Notes: a model not told the origin generated them from the sequence alone. 64,000 nt of DNA from Heptranchias perlo (GCF_035084215.1 NC_090346.1:41478001-41542000); one strand, 5' to 3'. Counted from the first letter of the stretch, positions 11,736 through 26,013 are shown. Numbers and translations: made by a program.

Positions 11736-13620
11736 TTCTAGTCATAGCAATTAGATGTTCTGACCTTAAAGGGATTGGCCAGGTTAAACACAGCTCCTCC
11801 TTAGCAATAAAATAATACATTTTGTATAATATAGTATAATGGTCTTGGCATTATATACCATCGGATTTGTTGTGAATAACTCCATGGAAGACCTGCTCAT
11901 TTATATAAAAGTTTTAAGAATGTCCATAACTTTGAAGATGTCACATATGAGATGTCACACTCCAGACATTACACTTTATATAAAACACCATCAAATCGCA
12001 ACTGAGCAATTTATAAAAAATCCAAAAGAGAAACAAACCCAATTATTTTGTGCTTTTTTATAATCATGAGATAATCTGGAGAGGTGATTAAGATAACAGA
12101 GAGAGGGACCAAGCAGTGGCAATCTTTAGAAACGTCCAACAATAACTAGCTTATAATTAACCTCAGGACTTAGACCACTTCCCCAGAAAATGTGCCTGAG
12201 CAAGGGAAAGTGAAACAATTTACAATAGACTAACTGAAAATAATTAAATGCAATACAACCATATATAGTCTCATCCAAAAGGTGGCATCAGGGAAGTGCA
12301 GGCAAAAAAAATAGTTTTAATGTGACACACAAGAAGCTAACATGGTGTGAAATATTTTATACTAGTCATACGTTTAACTTTTTCTAAATAGGAGACAGGA
12401 AATCCCCTACTTCCATTTTGTATGAGAAAGGATTTGGCACCACATGATTTTGTGTTCCATTAAAAAAATATATATCTTTAAATAGAGTAGGTGTATATAA
12501 ACATAGTGAACCCTTTCTGTAAAGAGATATTTTAACATGGCATGCTTATATTCCAACACTAAGAGTAATATAATGATATCAGGATAGCCTTTTCAATTAG
12601 TTACACCCAATTAACAGGCATTAAGTGAGTGGAACTGATTGCAAAAATGAGCAGAGATCAATTATGCCAGATTTCCCACCATTTAGCACCCCATCCAATT
12701 TTTCGGTCAAGAATTGTCCTGGCATTAAAATTGTTGTGCTAGTTTGCAGTTAACTATATTACCATTAGGCCTCAAAGGCAGATTTTAGATGTCCACACAA
12801 TTTCCCAGTGTTTACATCGGTATAGTTTTCCGTCATCTACCAGCTCACATAAAATAGATGTCCAGGCCTGATAGGATGTGTTGTTAACAGAAGTGCACTT
12901 AAATTAAAGAACTCTAGAATAAAATTTCTAGCAGCATTTTGATTCTATTTCTGAACATTTTTTCTTGCTTTTTTTTTGTTCCTTTCCTGTTTTCATTTAG
13001 TTGGCCCGAAGGCTTTTTGCCAAGTGTTCTGGCACTGACATTGGGGCAAAGGGTTTCCCAATGGGAATCCCCCTTTACTTATGTTTTGTGGCAGGTGACG
13101 AAGAGTAGCAATGGAGGGATGACAAGCGGGTCTGGCTGCACCATGCATCAGAAGCAGACAGTGCACACTTGTCAATAGCTTCCTATCCACATTTACAGGA
13201 AGAATGCACCTACCTAACAAGGACTGTGCAGAACTGGCTACACTGACACCTGGTCAGCAGACAGATAGGTGCAAAGCTGTGCCATTTCTTGTGATGAAAC
13301 CTGCAGCTAACATGCACCATGTGATTTCCACTGTCAGTGACAGTAACCATCAGCTGTGCCCTTAAGACCATGTCCTCTGCCTTCTTCCACATATGCATCA
13401 ATGCTGTCCTATTGGGAGGATGTGCTGGAGTGAAAGCAGTGACATCCACCTCATTATCCCTTCATTCTGTACCACCTCCTCCTTGGCAGCCATCAAACAG
13501 GGGGTTGGAGTGTTGGCCATCAATTTAGTTTCCTGCCTTCACATTTATTGTGCCAGCCATTGGATTTTTTTTGAGACATTTTTTGTTGCCAGCCTTCTGT
13601 TTAACAAAATAACATTTTGC

Positions 13621-13895
13621 TGTCAGCCTCGGCTTAGTGCTAGCACTCTTGCCACTGAGTCAGAAGGTCTTGGGCTCAAACCCCATTCCAGAGACTTGAG
13701 CACATAATCTAGCCTGATACTTCAGTGCAGTACTGAGGGAGTGCTGCATTGTCAGAGGTGCCATCTTTCAGATGAGAATTTAAACCAAGGCCATGTCTGC
13801 CCACTCAGGTGGATGTAAAAGATGCCATGGCACTATTATAAGAGGAACAGCAGAGTTATCCCGCTGTCCTGGCCAATATTTATCCATCAACCAAT
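13621..13895 (+). mobile_element. Deu-domain SINE 5' part
   Basis: TGTCAGCCTCGGCTTAGTGCTAGCAC head; aligns with 48641-48848. Confidence 0.8.
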
Positions 13896-14470
13896 GTTTA
13901 GGTGGAGGAAATTACAGCTCATCCAAAACTGGATATCCGACAAGCAGTCTGAAAAAAGAAGCACTGGAGGGGTCCACAGGGGAAGTGGAGAAGCAGAACT
14001 GGATATCATCAGCATACATGTGGAAGCTGACCCCAGGCCTGCGGATGATGCTGCCACGGGTTTTGGAGGTGTTCAAAGACATTGGTGAAGAAAGGAAGGT
14101 TGGAGATGGGGCAGTAGTTTACAAGGACAGAGGGATCAAGGATGCATTCTTTGAGGTGAGTCTCATGAACAAGATGAGCTCACAGAGGGCATGCGGGCAG
14201 ATGGAAGAGAAGCTAGAGAGAGATGAAGGTTTGGGACTAGGACGGGGGAAGCCCAGAGGGAGGTTTGGCTTGGAGGGCAAGGGGAATGGCATGAAGCAAA
14301 AGAGGCAACTGACTGGATAGTCTCAATCTTGGTGACAAAGAAGTCCGACATTTCCTTACACTAGTTGTTCGAGGTGAGGGAGCAGGGGAGAGTTTAAAGA
14401 GACAATTCGTCATGGAGAAAAGAAGCTGGGTGCTACCTTTATTCAACAGGATGATCCTGGACAAGTAGGT
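13896..14470 (-). mobile_element. L2 LINE ORF2 fragment, rearranged
   Basis: Minus peptides DFFVTKIETI and LISNPSFLHQ are homologous to the L2 copy at 23572-26013. Confidence 0.75.
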
Positions 14471-15299
14471 GATTTCGACAGAGGTGAGTGAGGCCCAAAA
14501 GCACTTGATATAAAACTGGCAAAGGATTTGTAAACTTTTAAGTTATAAACAAGTTGGCTTGCCAGTATAACAACTGAGACTGGTTCAAATTGAAAATTCA
14601 GTTTGCAGCTTGTATCTAATATTTGTTGCATGTTCCCAGTAACTGCACGCAGCATACCAAAATGATTTAACTTACGCCCTAATATGGACAATCTGCCAAG
14701 TTGTTTTTGGGTTTTGAGGTCTAGTCACAAGGCTGGTTTTGATATTACTTCAGTAGCTGCTCCATAGCCTCTATTTATGTGTATGATTTATAAATATAAA
14801 ACCAGTTGCTGTTATTTTACTTCTTATCATGGAATGTAGTATTTTCCTGCACCAAATTGGAATAAAATAATTTTTAATTTCTGTGTTATGATGATAGGTC
14901 CTGATTTATATATTTTTTTGTAGATTAAAGAGGCCATTTTACAAGTTGTGAAGCCAGCTAACGTTTAGCCCATTGGTTTGTTAAATTTGAACGTTGAAAA
15001 ATTAGATAAAAGCAGTGCGAGAACCACAGAGTGAACCAATCGAAATGGCTTCTTGCATTTTCATTTATGTCTGTCTAGTATGGGCAAAATCTTAGCTTCT
15101 GCAGTTAGGTTAAGAAAATTATAATAAAACCAATAGACCACCTGGGGCATTACGATATCCGATGAAAGAACACATCAAACATCTGACGCAACGGGTGTAA
15201 AATCATAGGACAAAATCCATATTGTAAGCATATACATTTTTGGAACTAGAGTGTAATAAAAGTACTTGTACTTCAATAGAATAATAAATGGCTTCCAGT

Positions 15300-15435
15300 T
15301 ATTTGACGGGGAGAGAGAAACAGGCTGGCAAATCTAATCCTGTCCTCACCCAAAGTCCACACACCTATGTTTTCTAACAATGGACAATATACGGAAATGG
15401 GAACCCTAGCTGATTTCCTCCTCCCTAGCCCTGTT
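15300..15435 (-). mobile_element. Old SINE family fragment (unnamed; same family as 27745, 42870, 51480, 54640, 57870)
   Basis: AATCCTGTCCTCACCCAAAGTCCACACAC...GGAACCCTAGCTGATTT motifs recur in other copies. Confidence 0.45.
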
Positions 15436-15557
15436 TTCTCATCTTGATTGTGGACTTTCCTTCTCATTATGAATAATGTCCAACTTACTGCTTTCACTTA
15501 ATTTCTCTGTGTGAAAACGTCACTCTTTTCAGATCTCCCTGATGGATGCAAAAATAA

Positions 15558-16070
15558 TTACTCTGATCTGTCCAAGGATAACTTTGCTGGTAGATTAAAG
15601 TTAAGCTTTCCTGCTGTGATACTACTTTCTTTCCGATTTTGTCCTCTCCTCTCTTGAAGCAGCTCAAACATTTCCACCGGTGCTGGCAACCGTACGACGT
15701 TAGCTTGTATTGAACAGTTCGTTTCTCTGCTGGGTTTAAGGTCAATTGTGTCAAGACATTTTTTGTGGGACCCCATATCTGAAATCTTTATTCCGACACA
15801 GATCAGGTCCCGAATTATGTACACGGTGCCTAATTTGAGATAGCTCAGTTAACAGCTTAGACAACTAAGTTCCCATTTATGTTTGACTATCCATTTGGAT
15901 GGTTTACACTCTTTACCCTTATCCTAACTGGGGAAATTTAGTGCTGTTAAACGAGCATACGCTGCCATAGCCTTTATCTGTTTCAGATGCTCTTTGTACT
16001 TCTCTCTGGTTCTTTCTGGGCACTCGACCGATAGATCTGAGTTTGTCTGGAGTGGAGGGTGGTCCCACAT
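15558..16070 (-). pseudogene. Decayed reading frame of unknown origin (possibly LTR-element gag or other viral relic)
   Basis: A single frame of about 171 codons has only two internal stops (15926-15924 and 15851-15849). Confidence 0.3.
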
Positions 16071-16879
16071 TCGAATGGGTTATCTCCAGATACCTGCATC
16101 TCATGGTTGAGTGGGGCCCCTTAACTACATTTTTAATTATTATTGGTAGACCCAGTAACTGTCCATTCTCTGAATGGATCAGTGAATTTAGTTAATTATT
16201 AAATAAGGTTGTTGTCAGTCTATCTATTAACTAACTTTATTTTCCTCTCGTCCTCAAAGATTCTAGCTGTTGCATTGTTTCACCCTTGAGTGGAGATAAT
16301 TCTTCGAATTTGGAAGGACATGTGCCGTCTTTCCCACGTCCAACCTGACTTACCCCACTATCCCTCTTCCGAGTTGCACAGGGACTGTTCAGAATTATTC
16401 CTCATTCTTCCAGACAGGTCCAATTTACCTAATGTTCCACATATCACCCTTTCTGTGTTAATTTATTGTAAATTATGTTGGTCTGTTGTTCCTTTAGTGA
16501 CGATATGGATGACTTATATCCCATCACAATGTGTCTTTTGGCTACAAGGGAAGTCAAGAGCATCATATGTGGTTATCCGCGACCACTCCCCACCTCCCCT
16601 CACGCTTTCAGTGCTACTCCATTAGTGACCATTTCACCTGGAACCAACTGAATTCGGCTTCTTTACAATAGAGACGTTTTAGATTGAATCGCGGTTTCTG
16701 TCTGGCATGTTCCCCCTGTTAACTGAGCGCTCTGAGGCAGCCGGCAGGACCATGCGTTCTTCTCCCTGAAGCCAGAAGACACTGACACTACACAAACATC
16801 ACCAGGTGACCTCAGGTGAGTGTCACCAGCAGGTACGGCTCACAAGATCTTTCTCCTTATCGTAAATTAAACAGGCCAC

Positions 16880-17360
16880 TAATCATATATTTTAATGTAG
16901 CGGGAGTTGAACGACGAGTTGGTTTACTCCTGGAATCCATTAAATATTGCTTTGCAGAAAAAACAAGGGCAAATGATTGTAATTAGCCGGTTCCGTTTGA
17001 AATCTACATATATATATATAAAATCCGTCTTCTATAACTGTCTTACCTAGCACCGTTAAAGGGGGGATGTTGGTTACTCTGGAGAATGTAATTGTGACTC
17101 TACACAGGATTAAGATTGTGAATATAATGCTATGTGTCACCCTTGTCCTGGCGTTAGGCGAAGTTTACGCCACGAACAGGCAGGTAACTGAAAACGGCGA
17201 ATCGACCCTGTAATTATTGTGAGTAATCAACGCGTATGTTCCGGTGACCCTTTGTTGTAATGTGTGCTGACAATATTTTTGAGAATTATATTACTGTAGC
17301 TTCTTTCAGCTAAACCCATGGGCGCGAACCGTGAGAAGAAAAGAAACCGAATCCGAAATG
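16880..17360. promoter_or_regulatory. CpG-enriched region; candidate promoter or non-coding first exon of the NAGA-like gene
   Basis: High CpG density; donor CAG|GTAACT near 17183; the first coding exon has an acceptor (20831) only 11 nt before its ATG, which implies an upstream exon. Confidence 0.4.
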
Positions 17361-18632
17361 AATATGAATGAACTATATATTGAGATTGTAGGACTGTGCA
17401 GTTTATCAGATTGCTTTATGGGGGCACCGATATACTGACATTCAAAGTAATGCAGTGTGACTTATTTAAGGCATTGATGTACAGGTATGGTAAAGGGAAT
17501 AAAAGACAATTTTCCACTATAATGATATCACAATGACAAAGTGACATCACAAACTAGTTTACTGTGATTTCCCCCTCATCCCTCCTCCCCTTGAGCTAAA
17601 GTGAGTCGTACACAAGTTCCTGAATTTTTGGAGGGAAGCTTTATTTATATTTATCAGGGGAATACCAGGGGCTAGAACAGTTTCCCATTTCAAGCACCCA
17701 TCCCAGCACCAAACGCCCCACCGCTCCAACCCGGGTCAGGTATAGCTCATGTAATTCACAAAATGGTGCACAGTTCGAGACTGTTACTCTTTAAACAAAA
17801 ATGAAGATGGCAACACAAAAGGAGCCAGAAGGCAGCATGTGACAAAATGCAAAACCTTCCTTCCTTCTCTGTGTAATGTTAATCATTGTTTAATCAATTG
17901 GCTGGGGTTTACAGGTTAACAAGTTCTTAAGAGGAAATGGATTATTCTGCCTGGAGAGAGAAAGGTGGGTAGCACTTCCTCCAAGTTGTTCTGCATGACT
18001 GCATCTTATGTTGACTAAACTACAGACTAAAGGAGTTTGGGGTCCATTCCCCTCAGTTAACAGCTGAAGTGAGATTAGTGGAGGTTAACTGAGGGCTGCA
18101 CAGAGCATTTTGGACAAGACATAAGCTGTAGTCCATTATGGGCCCCAATGTCATCATAATTATTTCTTTGCATTTTTTTAAAGGACCGTGATCAAATTAT
18201 ACCAGGGTGCTAGCACTCAGGAACACGAATAGAAAACAACCAAAACACTGGAAGTTTGTAGCCCTCCTTCCCCACAGGTTAATATCTTAATATATTAACT
18301 AATATTATTACTAACCATTACCAATACTAATATCAACAAAAGGTATCTCAGTTTCCAAAGCGAGAGGTGTTTGGCCTAAAGTCAGCCAGGAAATTTTGGG
18401 CTATGTCATGATGGGGAGGAGGCAAAGAAAATGAATTTTCAAAAAATATTCATAAAAGGGCAAAGGCTATTTTTTTGCACCTAAAATTGGAGCAATTTGC
18501 TATTTGATGGCCCACCTGAATCTCCTGATGTCCTTGAGATGACAGGAAAAATAGCTGAAGAAAAAAATTCTCATGGTTAAAAACAATTATGAAATTGTGC
18601 CAATATTTTGAAGTAAAGTAGGCTAGACTTCT

Positions 18633-20629
18633 AGTTTGGTGGAAGGATAGAAGATTGGGAAGTCTTCAAAAGACAGCAAAAAGTAACTAAAGGATTGATT
18701 AAGAAAGGGAAGATAGATTATGAAAATAAATTAGCAAAAAATATAAAAACAGATAGCAAGAGTTTCTACAGTTATATAAAAAGAAAAAGGGTGGCTAAGG
18801 CAAACATAGGTCCCTTAGAGGATGAGACCGGGAAATTAATGGTGGGAAACATGGAGATGGCAAAAATGCTGAACAAATATTTTGTTTCAGTCTTTACGGT
18901 AGAGGACACTAAGAATATCCCAACACTGGACAAACAGGGGGCTCTAGGGGGGGGGGGAAGAGCTAAATACGATTAAAATCACTAAGGAACTGGTACTCAG
19001 TAAATTAATGGGACTCAAGGCGAATAAATCCCCTGGACCTGATGGCTTACATCCGAGGGTCTTGAGGGAAGTGGCAGTAGGGATTGTGGATGCTTTGGTA
19101 ATAATTTTCCAACATTCTCTGGACTCGGCAAAGGTCCCGGCAGATTGGAAAACTGCTAATGTAACACCCTTATTTAAAAAGGGTAGTAGGCAGAAGGCTG
19201 GAAATTATGGACCAGTTAGCCTAACATCTGTGGTGGGTAAAATTTTGGAGTCTATTATTAAGGAGACAGTAGCGGAACATTTGGATAAACATAATTTAAT
19301 AGGATAAAGTCAGCATTGCTTTACGAAGGGGAAGTCATGTCTGACAAATTTACTTGAGTTCTTTGAGGACATAACGTACAGGGTGGATAAAGGGGAACCA
19401 GTGGACGTAGTGTATTTAGACTTCCAGAAGGCATTCGACAAGGTGGCACATAAAAGATTATTGCTCAAGATAAAGAATCACTGGATTGGGGGTAATATTC
19501 TGGCATGGCTGGAGGATTGGTTATCTAACAGGAAGCAGAGAGTTGGGATAAATGGTTCATTCTCAGACTGGCAACCGGTAGCCAGTGGTGTTCCGCAGGG
19601 GTCGGTGCTGGGTCCCCAACTCTTTACAATCTATATTAACGATTTGGAGGAGGGGACCGAGTGTAACATATCAAAGTTTGCAGATGATACAAAGATGGGA
19701 GGGAAAGTAGAGAGTGAGGAGGACATAAAAAACCTACAAGGGGATATAGACAGGCTGGGTGAGTGGGCGGAGATTTGGCAGATGCAATACAATATTGGAA
19801 AATGTGAGGTTATGCACTTTGGCAGGAAAAATCAGAGAGCAAGTTATTATCTTAATGGCGAGAAACTGGAAAGTACTGCAGTACAAAGGGATCTGGGGGT
19901 CCGAGTGCAAGAAAATCAAAAAGTTAGTATGCAGGTGCAGCAGGTGATCAAGAAGGCCAATGGAATGTTGGCTTTTATTGCTCGGGGGCTAGAATATAAA
20001 AACAGAGAGGTATTGCTGCAGTTATATAAGGTATCGGTGAGACCGCACCTGGAATACTGCATACAGTTTTGGTCTCCATACGTAAGAAAAGACATACTTG
20101 GTCTCGAGGCAGTACAAAGAAGGTTCACTCTGTTAATCCCGGGGATGAGGGGGTGGACATATGAGGAGAGGTTGAGTAGATTGGGACTCTACTCATTGGA
20201 GTTCAGAAGAATGAGAGGCGATCTTATTGAAACATATAAGATTGTGAAGGGGCTTGATCGGGTGGATGCGGTAAGGATGTTCCCAAGGATGGGTGAAACT
20301 AGAACTAGGAGGCATAATCTTAGAATAAGGGGCTGCTCTTTCAAAACTGAGATGAGGAGAAACTTCTTCACTCAGAGGGTAGTAGGTCTGTGGAATTTGC
20401 TGCCCCAGGAAGCTGTGGAAGCTACATCATTAAATAAATTTAAAACAGAAATAGACAGTTTCCTAGAAGTAAAGGGAATTAGGGGTTACGGGGAGCGGGC
20501 AGGAAATTGGACATGAATTTAGATTTGAGGTTAGGATCAGATCAGCCATGATCTTATTGAATGGCGGAGCAGGCTCGAGGGGCCGATTGGCCTACTCCTG
20601 CTCCTATTTCTTGTGTTCTTGTGTTCTTG
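18633..20629 (+). mobile_element. CR1 LINE, 5'-truncated ORF2 (RT) with 3' UTR
   Basis: KSPGPDG, YLDFQKAFDKV, GVPQGSVLGP and FADDTK motifs; frameshift at the poly-G near 18950 and a stop at 19305; (TTCTTGTG)n tail. Confidence 0.97.
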
Positions 20630-20842
20630 TCTTTTGTTTGTGTAAATCATTAGAGGATTGGAATATGGCTTTAATTATAAATTTTAGAAAGTGATTTGAG
20701 ATTTTGCTTAAAGTTCCCTTACCCCTGACTTGTTGCAACTTTTTAATAATCATAGACTCAGCAAAACATAATAGAAATATATTAATGGGTACTAAAACTA
20801 ATGTGGCTAAAAAGGCATTTTCCCCCCCCAGAAAGGGTCTTT

Positions 20843-21009
20843 ATGCATTGCAGGATACTTTCCCTCTTCATATCCTTCCTACTGGCACTAGCTGGACCAT
20901 GCCAATCTCTGGATAATGGTTTGGCGAGAACTCCCCCAATGGGCTGGATAGCCTGGGAACGCTTCAGATGCACCATAGATTGCAAGACGTACCCTGATGA
21001 CTGCATTAG
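20843..21009 (+). CDS. NAGA: alpha-N-acetylgalactosaminidase-like (GH27) coding exon 1
   Basis: Signal peptide followed by [25 protein letters not shown]; donor AG|GTATGT, phase 2. Symbol denotes the family; orthology is uncertain. Confidence 0.92.
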
Positions 21010-23364
21010 GTATGTATTTTTAGTATCATCTGGACATCAGAGAACTCTGTGACTTCTTTCTTAAAAAGTGTTCCACACCAGCCACTGCAGGGTTATCCAA
21101 CCTATGGTCTGTGAGCCCGTATGTGACCCACAAGCCGGGGCAGTACAGTCCACAAAGCCCAGGCAACTGAGCTCTTTGAGCCTGTGTTTCTTGCTCACTG
21201 GTTTGTTCTGTTTGACAATCATGAACCAAGGGGTTTCTAAAAGCCTTTTCTTCGTGCAGTTAGCTGATTGGTGAATAAATCCTAAATCAAAATACCAGTA
21301 TTAGCAGCTTGAGATATATGCAAATTAATGGTAACAATAACTTAAATTTTATATGTGACCCTTAAGGCACCATGCTATGCACTTCAAACAGCCAACAAAG
21401 GCAAAAAGCTAGGATGTTCCTGATTCAGTGGTTTCTACTAGACCTGAGATGAAGATGGCAATGATTAATCAGTTCAATTTTAAACATGTTCATTACCTGT
21501 TTAAGACTTTAGGACAAATGTTGTTACTAAAAAATAGTATAAGCTGCACAATCGCACAACACTGTATTTACTAGCAGTGCATGGAATGGCGCAAGTAAGC
21601 CTTACTTGCTGTACTAATTGATATGTCAGCTGTATATTATGTGAGTCAGGGAAACCAAGTTGGGCCACCTTCTAGAGACTGATGATCGATTATTTCAGAA
21701 CCATCTGTATTAAAAGAGCTCAGTTTTATTTTAGATTTAGTGAACAGTTCAAAGGCTGACCTGTTTCTAGTTTGGTATTCCAATACATAGCATTTATCCA
21801 TTTCCTATCATAGCTGCTCCTGCTTTGTTGCGTTACTCGCCGTAAGTACGTCGGAAACCGGGGCCAATATTGCACACATACATTTAACGGTAGAAGCACA
21901 TACAGTTGGTTGGGAGCACAGGTGTGGGCGAGAAGTTGTGGGCTTTTACCATGAAGTCTACAGTGGTAAAGTACTTTCTGTAAGACAGTAGCTCTCAACC
22001 TTTTATGTAGAAAGCCAACCCCAATTAACCTGACCCAGTATCTTGAAAGCACACATCTCTTAAATCAGACCTTTTAGGGTGTGAGCCGCAAGTTCACAAA
22101 ACATCACCCCAAGCTTCCTGTATGCTTGTCATCAAATGTTTTTTGCCTCTTTTTCCTCTTTCTATTATTTTCCCCAATTTTTCTCCCATTTTAAGCCATT
22201 CCACCCTCCATCTAATAGTACAGATTTTGAACAGCTCTACAATTTACATCTTTGAATTTGTTTCTCCCCCCACCACCACCACTTCCCCATTGGCAAGGAA
22301 CACTTCAATTGTGTGAGGTACTCCATCCAGTCATCCAGCAAAGAACATCCTTAACTGAGGCAAGTGAAATGGCAGGTGGGCTAGGATTTGGATCTGGAGT
22401 CAAGTAGTATTAAAGTCATTTAGCTTTCCTTGTGATGTTTGCATTGTAGTGTAAGGTTACGGTTTTATATTCATATGGTGGTACATTCTGACTGCTTCTA
22501 TTTTTTCCAATGCCAGTTTTGTAAGTTTATCATTTTCCAAATTCTGTAGGTCTCCCCATCTCTCACATCATTCACCATTTCCCCAGCTGCGAGTGGGTGA
22601 CCTTTTCTAAGGCCTATGCCAATAATGTTTGAATTGGCCTGTAGGAGGGTATGCAAAAGCGGTACAGATGATTTGCCATCTGATTTATGTTTCTATATAA
22701 TGTGAATTCGTTGTATTATTTTCCTTTAACATTTGGTGAAATAAAAATGTTTCATTCCAGTATAAGTGAGGTGATAGAATTTTGGTAGCTGTTTTGGACA
22801 ACCTACTGTTTAACTTCACCAGTCATTGCCTTAAAATTGGAAGTACTTTGTTATATATTATACTTGGGTAACAAACAGCTGGGAACGTAATTCCAGGCAG
22901 TAATACATTTCATGATTCAGATGATAGTTAAAGTGGTGGAGCTTTGTTCTAATGGTTTATGATGTCCTCCGAATACCTCAGTGTAATACTGCCTTGTAAC
23001 ATACTCCTATGTGTTTTATTTAAATACTCCAGCCAATGTCTAATGCATTTCTAGCTATGTGCTGTCCTATAAACTTTACCCCCCCCCCTTTTCTCCAGGG
23101 AAGCAATTCAATACATATCATCTTTATTTGGTGTGATCTTAGGCATCCCTGCTGGAGAGTGAAAACTCTGGATCTGGGGAATACTGAGAGAATCCCTGTT
23201 ATATTGTTTCATGTCACAATACTGGGGATACCTCAGACTTCTTTTTTAGACAGTCTGCAAACTCTACCTGATATTTGAGTACATAGCTTAAAAAAAAACC
23301 AAAATTCCTAAATGTGTAAATAAAACAACTTGCTGACCATCTTCTTGGCTTTTCAACCTAACAG

Positions 23365-23539
23365 TGAAGGCTTGTTTAGGACGATGGCAGACAAGCTGGT
23401 AGAGGATGGCTGGAAAGATCTGGGTTATCAATACATAAACATTGATGATTGCTGGTCAGCAATGGTGAGAGATGTTAATGGGAAGATTCAGCCAGATCCA
23501 GAACGATTCCCAAGTGGCATTAAAGCACTGGCTGATTAT
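23365..23539 (+). CDS. NAGA: NAGA-like coding exon 2
   Basis: [16 protein letters not shown]...[12 protein letters not shown]; canonical AG/GT; 175 nt. Confidence 0.95.
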
Positions 23540-23571
23540 GTGAGTAATTTTTTTAAATTTCAAGTGGACAT

Positions 23572-26013
23572 CAAAAACAACAACAGTAACAACTTGCATT
23601 TATATAGCATCTTTAACCTAGTAAAACGTCCCAAGGCACTTCACAGGAGCGTAATCAAACAGAATTTGACACCGAGCCACAAAAGGAGATATTAGGACAG
23701 GTGACCAAAAGCTTGGTCAAAGAGGTAAGTTACAAGGAACGTCTTAAAAGAGGAGAGAGAGGTAGAGAGGTGGAGAGGTTTACGGGGGAAATTCCAGAGC
23801 TTAGGGCCTAGGCAGCTGAAGGTACGACCGCCATGGCAGAGCGATTAAAATCAAGGATGCGCAAGAGGCAAGAATGGAGGAGCGCAGAGATCTCAGAGGG
23901 CTGTCGGGCTGTAAGAGATTACAGAGATAGGGAGGGGTGAGGCCATGGAGGGATTTGAAAACAAGGATGAGAATTTTAGAAGCAAGGCGTTGCTGGACCA
24001 GGAGTCAATGTAGGTCAGCAAGCACTGGGGTGATGGGAGAATGGGACTTGGTGCGAGTTTGAATACAGGCAGCAGAGTTTTGGATGAGCGCAAGTTTATG
24101 GAGGATGGAAGATGGGAGGTTGGCCAGGAGAGCATTGGAATAGTCAAGTCTGGAGGTAACAAAGGCATGGATGAGGGTTTCAGTAGCAGGTGAGCTGAGG
24201 CGGGGTGGAGACGGGCGACATTACGAAGGTGGAAGTAAGCGGTCTTGGTGATGGAGCGGATATGTGGTCGGAAACTCATCTCAGGTCCAATAGGACGCCA
24301 AGGTTGCAAACAGTCTGGTTCAGTCTCAAACAGTGGCCAGGGACAGAGATGGAGTCGGTGACTAGGGAACGGAGTTTGTGGCGGGGACCGAAGACAATGG
24401 TTTTGGTCTTCCCAATATTTAGTTGGAGGAAATTTTTGCTCAGCCAGTACTGGATGTCAGACAAGCAGTGTGACAAATCAGAGACAGTGGAGGGGTCGAA
24501 AGAGGTGGTGGTGAGGTAGAGCTAGGTGTCGTCAGTGTACATGTGGAACCTGACGTTGTGTTTTCGGATGATGTCACCAAGGGCAGCATGTAGATGAGAA
24601 ATAGGAGGGGGCCAAGGATAGATCCTTGGGGGACTCCAGAGGTAATTGTGCAGGAGTGGGAAGAGAAGCCATTGCAGGTGATTCTCTGGCTACTATTGGA
24701 TAGATAAAAATGGAACCAGGCGAGTGCAGTCCCATCCAGATGGACAATGGAGGAGAGGCATTGGAGGAAGATGGTGTGGTCAACCGTGTCAAAGGCTGCA
24801 GACAGGTTGAGAAGGATGAGGAGGGATAGTTTACCATCGTCACAGTCACATAGGATGTTATTTGTGACTTTGATAAGGGCCATTTCAGTACTGTGTCAGG
24901 GACGGAAACCTGATTGAAGGGATTCAAACATGGATTTGCTGGAAAGATGGGCTTGCATTTGGGAGGCAACAACACGTTCAAGGACTTTGGAGAGGAAAGG
25001 GAGGTTGGAGATGGGGTGGTAGATTGCAAGGACAGAGGGGTCAAGGATAGTTTTTTTGAGGATGGGGTGTGATGATGGCAGATTTGAAGGGGAGGGGGCA
25101 GTACCTGAGGAGAGGGAATTGTTAACAATATCGGCTAACATGGAGGCCAGGAAGGGAAGTTGTGTGGTCAGCAGTTTGGTGGGAATAGGGTTGCGGGAGC
25201 AGGAGGTGGGTGTGTTGGTCAAGATGAGCTCGGAGAGGGCAAGAGGGGAAATAGGAGAGAAACTAGAGAAAGATGTGAGTTCAGGGCTAGGGCTAGGAGG
25301 AAACCTTAGGGGAGCCTTAGGTTGGTGGATTAGGGGAAGGGAGGGAAGCAGCAGATGCAGCTGAACGGATGGTCTCAATCTTAGTGACAAAGAAATCCAT
25401 GAGCTCCTCGCACTTATTGTTGGAAGTAAGGATGGAGGAGGCAGGGGTGAGGGGTTTAAGAAGACAGTTTGTTGTGGAGAAGAGAAGCCGGGGGTTATCT
25501 TTGCATTCCAGGAAGAGTGAGCAGTTTTGGCAAAGATCAGGACCCAATAGATCATCATGTGGTCCAGCCAGATCTGGCGCTGAATTGCTAAACCAGCTGT
25601 CTGCCATAAACGATCAAATCTACGTCCCTTAGATGTATGGAAGCGGAGGTGAGGGCCATTCTAGGGGGAATGACCAGGGTGAGAGAGAGTAATGGTTTTA
25701 ATGGGGACAAAGGCATCAAAGGTAGAGTTGAGGGTGTGATTGAGCAGGTTGGTAGGTTCAGAAATGTCGTGGCAAATGGAGGGCCAAAGGCTAGACAGTT
25801 GGGAATCTGCAAGTGCAGGGGCGGACAAAGAAGGAAATGGGGTTGGGAGGGGGAAGGGGGATGTGGGTGGAGAGGGATACAATGAAGTGATCAGAGATGG
25901 CGCTATCCGTAATTGACACAATGGGAGTAGAGAGGCCACGTGAGATGGCAAAGTCGAGGTGGTGGCCGTGAATATGGGTAGAGGAGTTTATATGGAGGGA
26001 GAGATTAAGGGAG
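23572..26013 (-). mobile_element. L2 LINE, about 2.4 kb, frameshifted ORF2
   Basis: LNLSAAFDTVDH, GVPQGSILGPLLF and NFLQLNIGKT motifs; (TTG)n tail at 23572-23590. Confidence 0.93.
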
